Shown one piece after another: positions 50,515-60,146 of a DNA stretch of 64,000 bases. The notes beneath the pieces are model-generated. The model was not told the origin of the DNA. It saw only the letters and a program-made list of their open reading frames with translations, and made no database searches. The stretch covers positions 320,001 to 384,000 of the forward strand of contig OZ243974.1 of the NCBI GenBank assembly GCA_965214775.1, written 5' to 3'. The DNA comes from Nitrosopumilus sp. Its GTDB lineage: Archaea > Thermoproteota > Nitrososphaeria > Nitrososphaerales > Nitrosopumilaceae. The translations under genes and the position numbers were made by a program. Numbering within the stretch: position 1 is the stretch's first letter; each line of letters starts with the position of its first letter.

Positions 50515-51181
50515 CAAAGGCAAGATAGAGCACGGATTCAAATCAAAAACAACGATGCAAACAAGACATTATATTCCAATGCATGCACGTATGACTGATC
50601 GAATGGCCATGGCAGACCTTTCTCCGGATGCCATGGCAGACACAGTAGGCTATGCTGAGGCAAATGGCACGCCACGAATATCCAAATCGTGGCTGGAACA
50701 AGCACATCATGAAACCAACATTACAGTAGATCAAGAGTATGAAATTAAAAAAATATTCAACAAGCAGTTTGCAGAAAATACTCCAATACTTGAAAAATTT
50801 GTAGAATATATAGTTGATCGGAAATTACACTCTATGAACGCAGCATCCCAATCACATGATATTCAGGACCGGCTTGAACCTGCAAAAAAGAACACATTGC
50901 CAGAAATCGATATAATAAAGAGGCTAATCCGTGAGCTGTTCAATAAAATCGAGCCTGTCAGAACGATCTCATACAGGCAAAGCGGTAACAAGCTGATTTT
51001 GGTAATAGTGTATGATAACCAGGATCATGAGAGCATGTTTGATCAAATAGAGGATGAACTGATTAGATTAGAAAACGTTCTGCCAGAATACGAGTTTGAG
51101 CCCTGGATCCTACACAACTCAGAATTAGAAGAGAGACATTTGCACGGCGCAAAAACCATACTGCAAAAACCCCGAATATGA
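50477..51181 (+). CDS. hypothetical protein with C-terminal MNT-like alpha/beta domain
   Basis: C-terminal about 90 aa pattern (helix, VRTISY, LILVIVYD, helix, FEPWIL); ATGA-coupled to a HEPN-like gene; start uncertain. Confidence 0.55.
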   Translation: MCTTNCKVIRTSSKGKIEHGFKSKTTMQTRHYIPMHARMTDRMAMADLSPDAMADTVGYAEANGTPRISKSWLEQAHHETNITVDQEYEIKKIFNKQFAENTPILEKFVEYIVDRKLHSMNAASQSHDIQDRLEPAKKNTLPEIDIIKRLIRELFNKIEPVRTISYRQSGNKLILVIVYDNQDHESMFDQIEDELIRLENVLPEYEFEPWILHNSELEERHLHGAKTILQKPRI

Positions 51182-51525
51182 CATCAAACTGGCACGCAGT
51201 GCAAAGCATTCACAACAAAGACGCGTCGGATTTTCTTAATACGAAAACACCTGCCTATGTCGATTGGGAAATCACAAGTTTGTTTTATTCTGCATTGCAT
51301 CTAGTGGATGCATACTGTGCCAAAAATCAGGCAGAACAACAACTATCCAATCATCGTGAGCGGAGCAAGTTTGTAAGAGAAAATCTTTCATCATGATATG
51401 AATCCTATAAAAAACTCTATGATCCAAGTATAAAATCAAGGTATCTCAAGGGGGGGAAAATCAATCCCTCGTGGTTAAACATTGCAAAAAATAACTATGA
51501 TGCGCTCAAATCCAGCCTGCCATAA
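51178..51525 (+). pseudogene. HEPN-like protein with an in-frame TGA at 51394-96
   Basis: DW.IT..FYSALHLVDAY, NH.ER, then in frame Y..LY..S..SRY to TAA at 51525. Confidence 0.7.
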
Positions 51526-51530
51526 TCATC

Positions 51531-51673
51531 CTGAGAGTTGATTCGAAATTAGCAGATTCGGATTATTTGTGGACGAATTTGCATGAAACGGCTCAAAACA
51601 CCAACAAAATGCAGGTTATCTGTTAAATTACTTGAGAAATTCGTACGGTTTCTAATTTCGGATCACCTCTCAG
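51531..51673. mobile_element. MITE family A copy (143 bp)
   Basis: ctgagagttgattcgaaattag / ctaatttcggatcacctctcag. Confidence 0.9.
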
Positions 51674-51816
51674 GGGCCTGGGGCTGACAGGCAACATGAC
51701 AAACGATTACGCGTTTACCACAAGGGTCTCCGGCCTAGGGGAACACGGCATAACTGATGCGATACTTGACGAGCTATGTGTGTATGGCGCCGAGCTGTCG
51801 GCCTGGTAGGTGCGGC

Positions 51817-51964
51817 GCAAGAGTTTATCCCTCAGGCTACACTACTGACTAGAGTCTTCATGATCACGCCTGCCACGCCGTATCTCAGGTGAGGGGTAAA
51901 CCCGTACGATCCGCGTGGCATCTCAATGTTTTTCAGGAATTCTGATGAATTAGGCGACAACCCC
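51817..51964. mobile_element. MITE family C copy (51817-51907) abutting a half family B copy (51908-51964)
   Basis: gcaagagtttatccct...ggggtaaacccgtac; gaattaggcgacaacccc end. Confidence 0.85.
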
Positions 51965-51990
51965 CGTCCCAGGCAGTGTCTGCGCTTTTC

Positions 51991-53079
51991 TCATCGCAAC
52001 AAAAGCCGCGCGCCGTCAGAGACGACTGCGACTTTTTGCCTCGTTCCCTGGGTCTTCAAAATGTAATCCATGGAATGCTTGATTCCAGGCAGGGAGACCA
52101 TGCCTAGCTTTTTTGCATAGAACTCGGGCAATATCGAGACCAGGCAGACTTGGAGATCTTTTTGAATCTCAGATAAGAACAATAGATCCTCCATTCCGCT
52201 GACGTACCTTGAGGGGTTTTTGAGCTGGTTCAGGGCCAGCCTGTCCTCGATAAAATGCTGCATGGCATCTGAGCCCAGTCCGGCCCCGCACTCTGCAACC
52301 AGTATTGCCAGACCGTCTTTTTTGACGGCGTTTGCGCAGTTCCAGAGCGAGGAGAGGGATCTTCCCAGGGTATCGCTGCTTGCTGCCTTGCCGGTGCTGA
52401 TTATCATTGTTTTATGACGCTGATCAGCGTCCCTGATGGAGTTGTTTTCCAAGATCCTGGCAGAAGAAGAGACCGTCTCAGACGGGTGCCCGATGAAAAA
52501 GTCAACTATTCCATGCGAGTTTGCGACTATTTCGATTCCCCGAATTTCAAAATTGTTTGAGAATTTTTTGGCTTCTTCCAGGCTTTCAGGATACTGCCCG
52601 GGGGCCGGAAGGTTTCCCTGTCGCTTTGCGTATGCGCCCAGCATGTACTCCTCGCCGAATTTCTTGGTCAGCCTGGTGGCAATCGTCTCGTATCCAAAGA
52701 GGCCGTCAAACTCCATTTCTGCCATGAAGACTAGGTTCGAGTTTGGGATTTCTGAGCTGTCAAACTCGTTGATCGAGCTTCCTTCAGGCAGGCCCGCCTT
52801 TACCTGGCCGATGATCTTTTTCTCGGCCAGTATTTTTGGGAATGGCCGCGACTTTTGCTCGCACATTGCAAACAGCAAAGAGATGATTTTTTGGATTGAT
52901 CTGGAGCTGTGCAACACCACAAGTTCTGTCTGTTTTGACAGATCGATCTGGTTGAGTTTTTCGTTGATCGCCGAATCGTCAAGTGTTTTTCCTTCAGAGT
53001 CGATTTTTTGTTCCAGGTTTTCAGCCTTTATGTCCAAGACCACGTCTGCAATACCGTAATTCAGCCAGATTTCAGGCAT
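51991..53079 (-). CDS. LarA/DUF2088-like protein (degenerate lactate racemase fold)
   Basis: MPEIWLNYG start, AVKKDG..ILVAEC..GLGS, terminal V.V..DG motif. Confidence 0.7.
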   Translation of the reverse strand: MPEIWLNYGIADVVLDIKAENLEQKIDSEGKTLDDSAINEKLNQIDLSKQTELVVLHSSRSIQKIISLLFAMCEQKSRPFPKILAEKKIIGQVKAGLPEGSSINEFDSSEIPNSNLVFMAEMEFDGLFGYETIATRLTKKFGEEYMLGAYAKRQGNLPAPGQYPESLEEAKKFSNNFEIRGIEIVANSHGIVDFFIGHPSETVSSSARILENNSIRDADQRHKTMIISTGKAASSDTLGRSLSSLWNCANAVKKDGLAILVAECGAGLGSDAMQHFIEDRLALNQLKNPSRYVSGMEDLLFLSEIQKDLQVCLVSILPEFYAKKLGMVSLPGIKHSMDYILKTQGTRQKVAVVSDGARLLLR

Positions 53080-53471
53080 GATTCATACGTGGAATAGTCC
53101 AAGATAAACCAAGCGTAATGGCGAATCCCGGTACGGGGCATGCAGAATTACCGGCAGTCATTTTGCAGTACAGTACGGGATCCCTTGCAAAATCAGGCGC
53201 GAACGGCAAGTTTGAACGGATGTCTTACGCTAGAAGGTTTGGGGGCATGATGTCGCATCTATCTACAATGGTTTTGGCGGCTCAGACAAATGCCTTTCCA
53301 TCATCGTTTCAGATATAACTCTGATTCTTCATTGCAGCCAGTAGTTTTTTGGTTTGCCTGTTTTAAAACTAATGGGAGCGATGATGGGCGCCTGGTTTCT
53401 AATTTCGGATCAGTTTAGGCTGCCGGCACACATACGACGCAGGGCCGGAACACACGCACCAACCAACACAC

Positions 53472-56400
53472 ATGATCCCCGCCGATGCGTCGATCAGCGT
53501 CACGCTTATGAATGGTATTGCAGAACGGTATTCATTCATGATTGTTCTGCATGCCGGCGTGGCTGACAACGGAATGGTGTTCTGGGGCGAGATCACAGCA
53601 GGCGACGACGGCAAGACTCGCAGGCCCGCAAGGGGCAGGAAGGCCAAGGTCATCAGGCATCCGTACTCTGCAACCGCGCAGGAGATCAACGACAGTTTTG
53701 CGGCGCAAAGGGGCATAAAGGTCAGGGGACGCTCCGTCGTTGCAAGCGTATGGCTTCCAAGTACAGTGGGCGGTCCGCTCCCTTCTTTGGGCGTGGGCGG
53801 CAGCATACAGCACGGATCCGTCGGGGGGGAGATCAGCATCGTTCGGTGGAGGATCAAGGCAGTGACGCTCTCGTGGATGGACTCCATACGGGTGCTCGCA
53901 GAGGTGGTACGCAACAAAAGCACGATAGCCGGAATGGCCGTAGGTCCTGACCTTGCATACTGGGCCGACGTCCTACGCCTTGCCGCATCGATAGTGGCAC
54001 GCCAAAAGTTCACGCCGGATCTGTCGACGTATGGCAACTCGTGTGAGGCATATTGGATCCCCCTGACCACGGGCAGGGAGCAGGAGCGGATTGACGCCCT
54101 GGCAGCCTGCATGCCGCCGGCCGCCCGCGCGCTTGATCACGCCAAGAAGACAGAACCCATGGAGCCGCCAGTCACGGTGCTCAGCGGTGCCCTGGCCAGC
54201 CTAGTTGACGGCATCGTGCGCGCCAGGGCGATGACAGATGTGCCGCGAGGATACTCTAGGCGGATGCGCTTTGACAGTACGGATGACGGCTGGCTTCACT
54301 CCCTGAGGACAGAGAACCCCGTCACAGGTAACAGGCAGGACGTCGCCATGCATGAGAAAAGCGTACGCAGATGGCAGTACGCGCTCAACGCCCTAGACGA
54401 CCCGCTTCTAAAGATGTGTCTCCGGCTCGAGGATCCCCAGGAAGGCGCGGCAGATGAATCCGGCCTGTACTGGCCCATCAGGTATTTCGTACAGTCCCGC
54501 AGGGATCCCGGCCTCATGGTTCCTGCCGACGAGATATGGAGTAAAAAGACTGCCATTCCGGGGATCAACGGCGCGTATGCAAGGGGATTCATGGCGACAA
54601 TGCTTGGGAACGCCGCCAGGATAGTAGCCGGAATGTCCGCAGGCATCGAAAAGTACGGGATGGCAGGATATGCCGTCGGTACCGCCGAGGCCCACAGGTT
54701 CCTGCGCGAGGAGGCGCCGATCCTAGAGCAGTTCGGATACGGCGTCATGCTGCCCTCGTGGTGGGCCGGCGGCCGCGCGGGAGCCGGACTGAGGGCGCGT
54801 GCCAGCGTGACATCCAGAATGAAGACGGGCAGGATGCTGGACATGAACTCCCTGGTCAGCTTCGACTGGAAGCTCGCCCTCGGAGATCAGAACATCACGC
54901 TAGATGAGTTGCGGGAACTTGCCGATGAAAAGGCGCCGCTGGTCAACATGCACGGCAGGTGGATCGAGACGGGGTCAGAGGAGATCCGGCGCACAGTAGA
55001 CTTTGTGACAGAAAACGAGACTGCTACTGTCCGCGACGCGGTGATGATGAAGATCGGCGCAGGCACCGCGCCTGAGTGGGCGGATCTTGAGATCTCCGGC
55101 AGCAGTGACGACAACAGGATTGCCGGCATGATGGGAATGCTCAGGGGGGACGACGCGGTAATGGATCAGCTGCCGCAGCCCGAAGGATTCAAAGGCACGC
55201 TGCGCCCGTACCAGCTGTATGGATACTCGTGGCTGTCGTTCCTGCAGGGGATCGGCATGGGCGGGTGCCTGGCCGACGACATGGGGTTGGGCAAGACCGT
55301 CCAGGTACTGGCTCTGATCCAGCAGTACATGCTGGAGGGCGGCAGGCAGCCAATACTCCTCGTCTGCCCGACATCGGTGATGGACAACTGGAAGAGGGAG
55401 GCAGCCAGGTTTGCCCCAGGCATCTCGGTGGCAATCCACCACGGAGCAGACAGGAAGAGTGGCGACGCGTTTGCAAAAGAGGCCGCAGGGTACGACATGA
55501 TGGTCTCCAGTTATGGCCTGGTACAGCGCGACATCGATTCGATCGGCAAGGTAATGTGGGGAGGCGTGGTACTTGACGAGGCACAGAACATCAAGAACGC
55601 CGACACTAGGCAGGCGCGTGCAGTCAGGACGCTGGATGCCGGGTTTCGCTTTGCGCTGACGGGCACGCCCGTCGAGAACAACGTCGGCGACATCTGGTCG
55701 ATAATGGAATTTCTCAACCCCGGGCTGCTCGGAACCCGTGCAGAGTTCAAGCGTAACTTTTTTGCGCCCATACAGACGAGGCGGGATGCCACGGCAACTG
55801 AGACGCTCAGGCGCATAGTAAGCCCGTTCATGCTGCGCAGGCTCAAGACGGACAGGTCGGTGATCTCCGACCTGCCAGAAAAGATGGAGACTAACACCTA
55901 CTGCTCGCTGACCCGCGAGCAGGCATCCCTGTATGCCGCCGTGCTCAAGGATCTCGAGGAGAGGATCAGTTCTGCCGAAGGCATACAGCGAAAGGGGCTC
56001 ATACTGGCAGCACTGACCAAGCTCAAGCAGATCTGCAACCATCCGGCGCACTTTCTCAAGGACGGCTCGGCCATACCGGACAGGTCCGGCAAGCTGTCAA
56101 GGCTGACTGAAATGCTCGAGGAGGCAACAGAGTCCGGCGACCAGGCGCTGATATTCACCCAGTTCGTCGAGATGGGCGAGATACTCAGGCAGCACATACG
56201 CAAGACGACCGGCCGCGAGGTGCCGTTCCTGCACGGCGGGACGTCAAGAGGGCAGCGCGAGGCGATGGTAGAGGGGTTTCAGGACGGCAGATCAGGGGTG
56301 CTTGTCGTCTCGCTCAAGGCAGGAGGTACAGGCCTAAACCTGACGGCTGCAAACCATGTGTTTCACTTTGACCGCTGGTGGAACCCGGCAGTCGAGGACC

Positions 56401-56621
56401 AGGCCACCGACAGGGCGTTTCGCATAGGGCAGGAGCGCAACGTCCAGGTGCACAAGATGGTATGCTCCGGTACGCTAGAAGAAAGGATAGACGAGATGAT
56501 ACGCCGCAAAAAGGAGATATCTGATGAGGTGATCGGCACCGGCGAGGGCTGGCTGACGAGCCTTTCTGATGATGACATCCGCAAGGTGCTGTCGCTGAGC
56601 AGGGAGGCCATCCAGATATGA
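53472..56621 (+). CDS. SNF2-family helicase (YwqA-like)
   Basis: LRPYQ, LADDMGLGKT, DEAQNIKN, LTGTPVEN, LRRLK, DRWWNPAVEDQATDRAFRIGQ; start may be 53538. Confidence 0.95.
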   Translation: MIPADASISVTLMNGIAERYSFMIVLHAGVADNGMVFWGEITAGDDGKTRRPARGRKAKVIRHPYSATAQEINDSFAAQRGIKVRGRSVVASVWLPSTVGGPLPSLGVGGSIQHGSVGGEISIVRWRIKAVTLSWMDSIRVLAEVVRNKSTIAGMAVGPDLAYWADVLRLAASIVARQKFTPDLSTYGNSCEAYWIPLTTGREQERIDALAACMPPAARALDHAKKTEPMEPPVTVLSGALASLVDGIVRARAMTDVPRGYSRRMRFDSTDDGWLHSLRTENPVTGNRQDVAMHEKSVRRWQYALNALDDPLLKMCLRLEDPQEGAADESGLYWPIRYFVQSRRDPGLMVPADEIWSKKTAIPGINGAYARGFMATMLGNAARIVAGMSAGIEKYGMAGYAVGTAEAHRFLREEAPILEQFGYGVMLPSWWAGGRAGAGLRARASVTSRMKTGRMLDMNSLVSFDWKLALGDQNITLDELRELADEKAPLVNMHGRWIETGSEEIRRTVDFVTENETATVRDAVMMKIGAGTAPEWADLEISGSSDDNRIAGMMGMLRGDDAVMDQLPQPEGFKGTLRPYQLYGYSWLSFLQGIGMGGCLADDMGLGKTVQVLALIQQYMLEGGRQPILLVCPTSVMDNWKREAARFAPGISVAIHHGADRKSGDAFAKEAAGYDMMVSSYGLVQRDIDSIGKVMWGGVVLDEAQNIKNADTRQARAVRTLDAGFRFALTGTPVENNVGDIWSIMEFLNPGLLGTRAEFKRNFFAPIQTRRDATATETLRRIVSPFMLRRLKTDRSVISDLPEKMETNTYCSLTREQASLYAAVLKDLEERISSAEGIQRKGLILAALTKLKQICNHPAHFLKDGSAIPDRSGKLSRLTEMLEEATESGDQALIFTQFVEMGEILRQHIRKTTGREVPFLHGGTSRGQREAMVEGFQDGRSGVLVVSLKAGGTGLNLTAANHVFHFDRWWNPAVEDQATDRAFRIGQERNVQVHKMVCSGTLEERIDEMIRRKKEISDEVIGTGEGWLTSLSDDDIRKVLSLSREAIQI

Positions 56622-57622
56622 CACGATACGACCGGCACGACTCGATCGGCATGATCAAATGGGGCATCAAGATGAAGGCAGGCTCGTACTGGCCGCAAAG
56701 CAGGCCTATCCGCGAATGGATGCAGATGCTGGACGCATCATGCGCCGTTGAAGGCAGGGATCTGCGCCACTACGATGACAGGAAACTTCCAGGTCTCGAG
56801 ATTCTGGAGGCTGCAGAGACTGACATAACCACGGATTTTGGCAGGAAACTTGCAGAGAAAATCTTTGCGAGTGTCAAATCCGCTGTAGAGGCCCACACAG
56901 CCACGACGGATCTAGGCAGGATGCGTGCGCAAAGCGGACGAGTGACATCAATGGAGATGCACCTCGGACAGGTCAGTGCGTGGGTGCAGGAACCCGGAGA
57001 ATTCTCATGCAGGGTGGACATATGGATCGACGTAATTGGCATGCCTGCATGGAAGAGGTTGGCAGAGTTGCTGTCCACGCGGCCGGACATAGCCTCAGAA
57101 ATTCTTGCAAGAAGGATGCCTGACAACATAGAGCATTTATTCGAGTCAGCCGGCCAGCACCTCTTTCCTACAAGGGACGAGATCAAGGTAAGGTGCATGT
57201 GCAATGAAGAGGGCAAACTGTGCATGCATGCCATGGCCGTCTTTTTCGTGCTTGCCCAGGAGTGCGAACGCAATCCCTTTCTGATGCCGGTACTGCGCGG
57301 ATGCGTCATATCGGATCTGTTGGAGACGGCAGGTCTCGCACCTGCACCAGAGGAGGCGCCGGAGATCAGCGGCAAGCCAGACGAGCCGGCATCCGAGCCC
57401 CTGCCCGCGGATCCGGACGCCTTCTGGGGACGGAATACAGACGCATACGATCACGAGGACGCGTTTATTCCTGCCACAAACGCCGTGGTACCCAAGATGC
57501 TCGGGGAGCTCCCGCTCTGGCGGGGCAGCGACGACCTTGCCCCGATGATGGAGAAGATATACCGCGAGGCGTCCCAGGACGGCATGAGGCTGTTCCGGGG
57601 GGAGCCGCGCGACGGCATCTAA
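56618..57622 (+). CDS. SWIM zinc-finger protein (YwqB-like)
   Basis: LFP....CMC......CMH..AV...LA......PF....LRG; ATGA-coupled to SNF2. Confidence 0.88.
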   Translation: MTRYDRHDSIGMIKWGIKMKAGSYWPQSRPIREWMQMLDASCAVEGRDLRHYDDRKLPGLEILEAAETDITTDFGRKLAEKIFASVKSAVEAHTATTDLGRMRAQSGRVTSMEMHLGQVSAWVQEPGEFSCRVDIWIDVIGMPAWKRLAELLSTRPDIASEILARRMPDNIEHLFESAGQHLFPTRDEIKVRCMCNEEGKLCMHAMAVFFVLAQECERNPFLMPVLRGCVISDLLETAGLAPAPEEAPEISGKPDEPASEPLPADPDAFWGRNTDAYDHEDAFIPATNAVVPKMLGELPLWRGSDDLAPMMEKIYREASQDGMRLFRGEPRDGI

Positions 57623-57851
57623 CTGAGGCAAGAACAGCCATCAGAGACGAGATTACACGATCCCGTCGCCGCCTAGTCTGTTGCATAACTTCATGTCCAG
57701 TCAAAAGACACCCGGTTTTGATCACAGTTAGATCCGAAATCGACTGCGGTTCTTATCTGGATTTATCACTTGGGACGAATTCAGGCAGAAAAAAATAGAG
57801 TTGGCAACAGGCTACACCAACGCAGGCATTAAGATGGCAGTCGCGTTGTGA

Positions 57852-58604
57852 TCAAGGCATATCGTCGTCGTCATACTGGAATGGGTCATACTTTTTCACC
57901 CCTTTGTCATTTAAGACATACGCCCTTCCAAGCGTCGTATTTTTGACGGTATCATACACGGACAGTATGTCCTTTTTTGTCCGATAGTTATGCATCGGGT
58001 TGCTAAAGTTATAGTCGCTTGTAAATATCAACACCTGCGAGACGTTCTTTGCAAGAAGATCCACTATGAGCGGCCCGTACTTTAGTCCCCAGCGCCCAAA
58101 GCCCTCTATTATCAACGGCAGGTCAATCCTGTATCTCTTGATTATTGCCACCAGCAGTGCATAATACGCGATGGTCGCCTCTGCTGCAGAAAGTGACTTT
58201 GGGACCATGATATGGTTCTTTTCTATCTTCAGAAAGTCAAGCCCGCCGCCATTCTTGTGCTCCTGGGTTATCCTGTTGAATATGTCATTTGCGTTGCCGG
58301 AAATTTCTGAAAACTCGCCTGTAAACTTCATTCCTGCAAAGTAGTCAAGAAGGTCATAATAGTCCAGATACTCTTCTACGAACATGAATCTTGCGTCATA
58401 GCCCCTCTCTTCGATCAGGTCAAGCTCCATGCTTCCGTCACGTCCAAGTAGAAAATACGACTGCATCTTCTCAAACAGCGCATGTCCCAGATCGGTATTG
58501 CAGATTACAAAATTGAGATTTCTGGTCTTACTGGTGGATAGCTTGATCTCGTATTTTTCATAGATGTTCCGGATTGTCTTGATTTTCAACTGCTTCCCTC
58601 CCAA
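57852..58604 (-). CDS. degenerate DndD/Rad50-like ABC-ATPase C-terminal half
   Basis: LSAAE (signature-like), LPLIIEGFGR (Walker B/D-loop-like), SQVLIFTSD; no Walker A. Confidence 0.5.
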   Translation of the reverse strand: MGGKQLKIKTIRNIYEKYEIKLSTSKTRNLNFVICNTDLGHALFEKMQSYFLLGRDGSMELDLIEERGYDARFMFVEEYLDYYDLLDYFAGMKFTGEFSEISGNANDIFNRITQEHKNGGGLDFLKIEKNHIMVPKSLSAAEATIAYYALLVAIIKRYRIDLPLIIEGFGRWGLKYGPLIVDLLAKNVSQVLIFTSDYNFSNPMHNYRTKKDILSVYDTVKNTTLGRAYVLNDKGVKKYDPFQYDDDDMP

Positions 58605-58852
58605 AGTATGAGGCGCTCAGGGCCATGGATGTCGTTAATCCCTGCAGGCAGCGCCATTGTGCCACGGTTAAAGTATGCGCGAGTCATCCTGTCAATATAC
58701 AACTCCGGATCCGGCCCGTCACGGTGCAACCGTTGGACCAACAGTGCTGCAAACATGGCATCACATCTGCCAAACAGAGCCAAGGGACGAGTCCCCGAAC
58801 CGTTCTCACCGAGCTCTTCTGGTTTTGGGGGAGGCGGATCGTTTAGTGACAT
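58586..58852 (-). pseudogene. DndE-like (DNA phosphorothioation) protein, N-terminus decayed
   Basis: SL.DP..P, LFG..D..FAALL.QRL.RDG, RA..NRG...L pattern typical of DndE. Confidence 0.6.
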
Positions 58853-59102
58853 GTATGGTACAACGTCAGGTTCTATTTATACGGGCAGGCAAAACATTTC
58901 TGGACCATCCCATGATCAGGCGCCCTTGCAGACATGGCTGGGCAGCAGACATTATGACATCATCATCATTATTATTATCATCGCAGGTTTGGAGTTTACG
59001 GGGCAGTACAGCACCGGCATCCGGGCCAAAAAAAAAATTTTTTGTTTGCTTATTTTTTATCTTTGTTTTTTTAGTCTCATCCTCAGATTTGATAATAAAT
59101 CA

Positions 59103-59178
59103 GGTGGGCCCGAAGGGCTTCGATCCCTTGGCTCACCGGTTATGAGCCGGTTACTCTACCAGGCTGAGTTACGGGCCC
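59103..59178 (-). tRNA. tRNA with CAT anticodon, most likely tRNA-Ile2
   Basis: gggcccgtaactcagcctggtagagtaaccggctCATaaccggt...gggatcgaagccc.tcgggcccacc; GGGCCC acceptor typical of archaeal tRNA-Ile; TATA-like element about 25 bp upstream. Confidence 0.9.
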
Positions 59179-59219
59179 CAAGCACATGAGCTTGCCCTCG
59201 GGTATAAAATGTTATGAGG

Positions 59220-59870
59220 CTAGCGGCAGTACCTGTCATAACAGCCGTCAAGCAACAGATTTTGCGCAGAGATCGACTTGTCTGCAATCCCTACCAGGTA
59301 GTGGCAGTTGTCCTCCGAGTCGGCTGCTGCGGATTCCTCAAGAATGCTTCTCCATGATGCAGCATGCCTGATGTCGGCCTCCGTGTGCAGTTTAAAGTAT
59401 TCCGTGGATTCCTCGTTTGTCATTCCGTAAAATTCTGCCAATCCATCAAGCTTGGTCTGGCTGATTTTTGGAATCTCCTTCTCAAGTGCATACATGGCAC
59501 ATGCCCCGCCCTCAAAGGTATGCATCAGTTTGCCAAGATCCGAGACGGCCTTCTGTGTTTTTGCCAGTCCCCAATATGAGACCAGTTCCTCCTCTGAGAT
59601 TCCCAGCTGGCCGGCAAACGAGATCCAGGGTTTTATGTGATCAGACTCCTCCTGCCGGTTTTCTTCTAGTTGGCCAACGGCAGAGCCCGGGGCCTTTTCG
59701 ATTATAGGAGTCATGAAAGACGGAATCGCCCTTACCAGTTGAAAGTATTCCCTTGAATATCCTGCCAGCGATTCTTTTGTCAGATTTCCGTCAGACCACA
59801 TCTGATAGAACGGGTGCTTGAGCAGGCTTCTTTCTTCAATCATTTCGTCGATTTTTTTTGTCAGATTCAT
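59220..59870 (-). CDS. CADD/PqqC/TenA-like heme-oxygenase-fold di-metal protein
   Basis: LLKHPFYQ.W..G.L, EE.DH...W, YALE, YF.LH..AD..H; start ATG 59870. Confidence 0.85.
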   Translation of the reverse strand: MNLTKKIDEMIEERSLLKHPFYQMWSDGNLTKESLAGYSREYFQLVRAIPSFMTPIIEKAPGSAVGQLEENRQEESDHIKPWISFAGQLGISEEELVSYWGLAKTQKAVSDLGKLMHTFEGGACAMYALEKEIPKISQTKLDGLAEFYGMTNEESTEYFKLHTEADIRHAASWRSILEESAAADSEDNCHYLVGIADKSISAQNLLLDGCYDRYCR

Positions 59871-60146
59871 GTCAGAACTGGCCTTTAGCCGATAAAAAAA
59901 TCTTTGCGGCTTCTTCGTAAGAGTATAAGGCAACGGAATGTCTAGCAAATACGTCTGACTGAGAAGCGCACACTCGCAGTGGCCCGTGCAGGGAATCAGC
60001 ATAATTTGATATCGGAGTTTACCCCACCACTCCCTAGGCTGCACTGCCGGCCAAGATCCTGATCAACATATACCTCACGCCGCATCCTAGGGCGCGCCAG
60101 TTCACTGCTCAGGCCTATGGTCTTACCGCACCCCGGCAGATGCGGG

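Noticed and set aside
26034-51396. In-frame TGA codons (26034, 51394) as selenocysteine or recoding
   Set aside because: No Cys-equivalent context or SECIS seen, and core genes use TGA as stop; simple nonsense mutations fit better
53177-53187. gatcccttg match to tRNA-Ile as attL/attR
   Set aside because: Only 9 bp and not the tRNA terminus; plausible by chance
53394-57745. SNF2-SWIM as a MITE-A composite transposon
   Set aside because: The partial ends face the wrong way and the right match is very short
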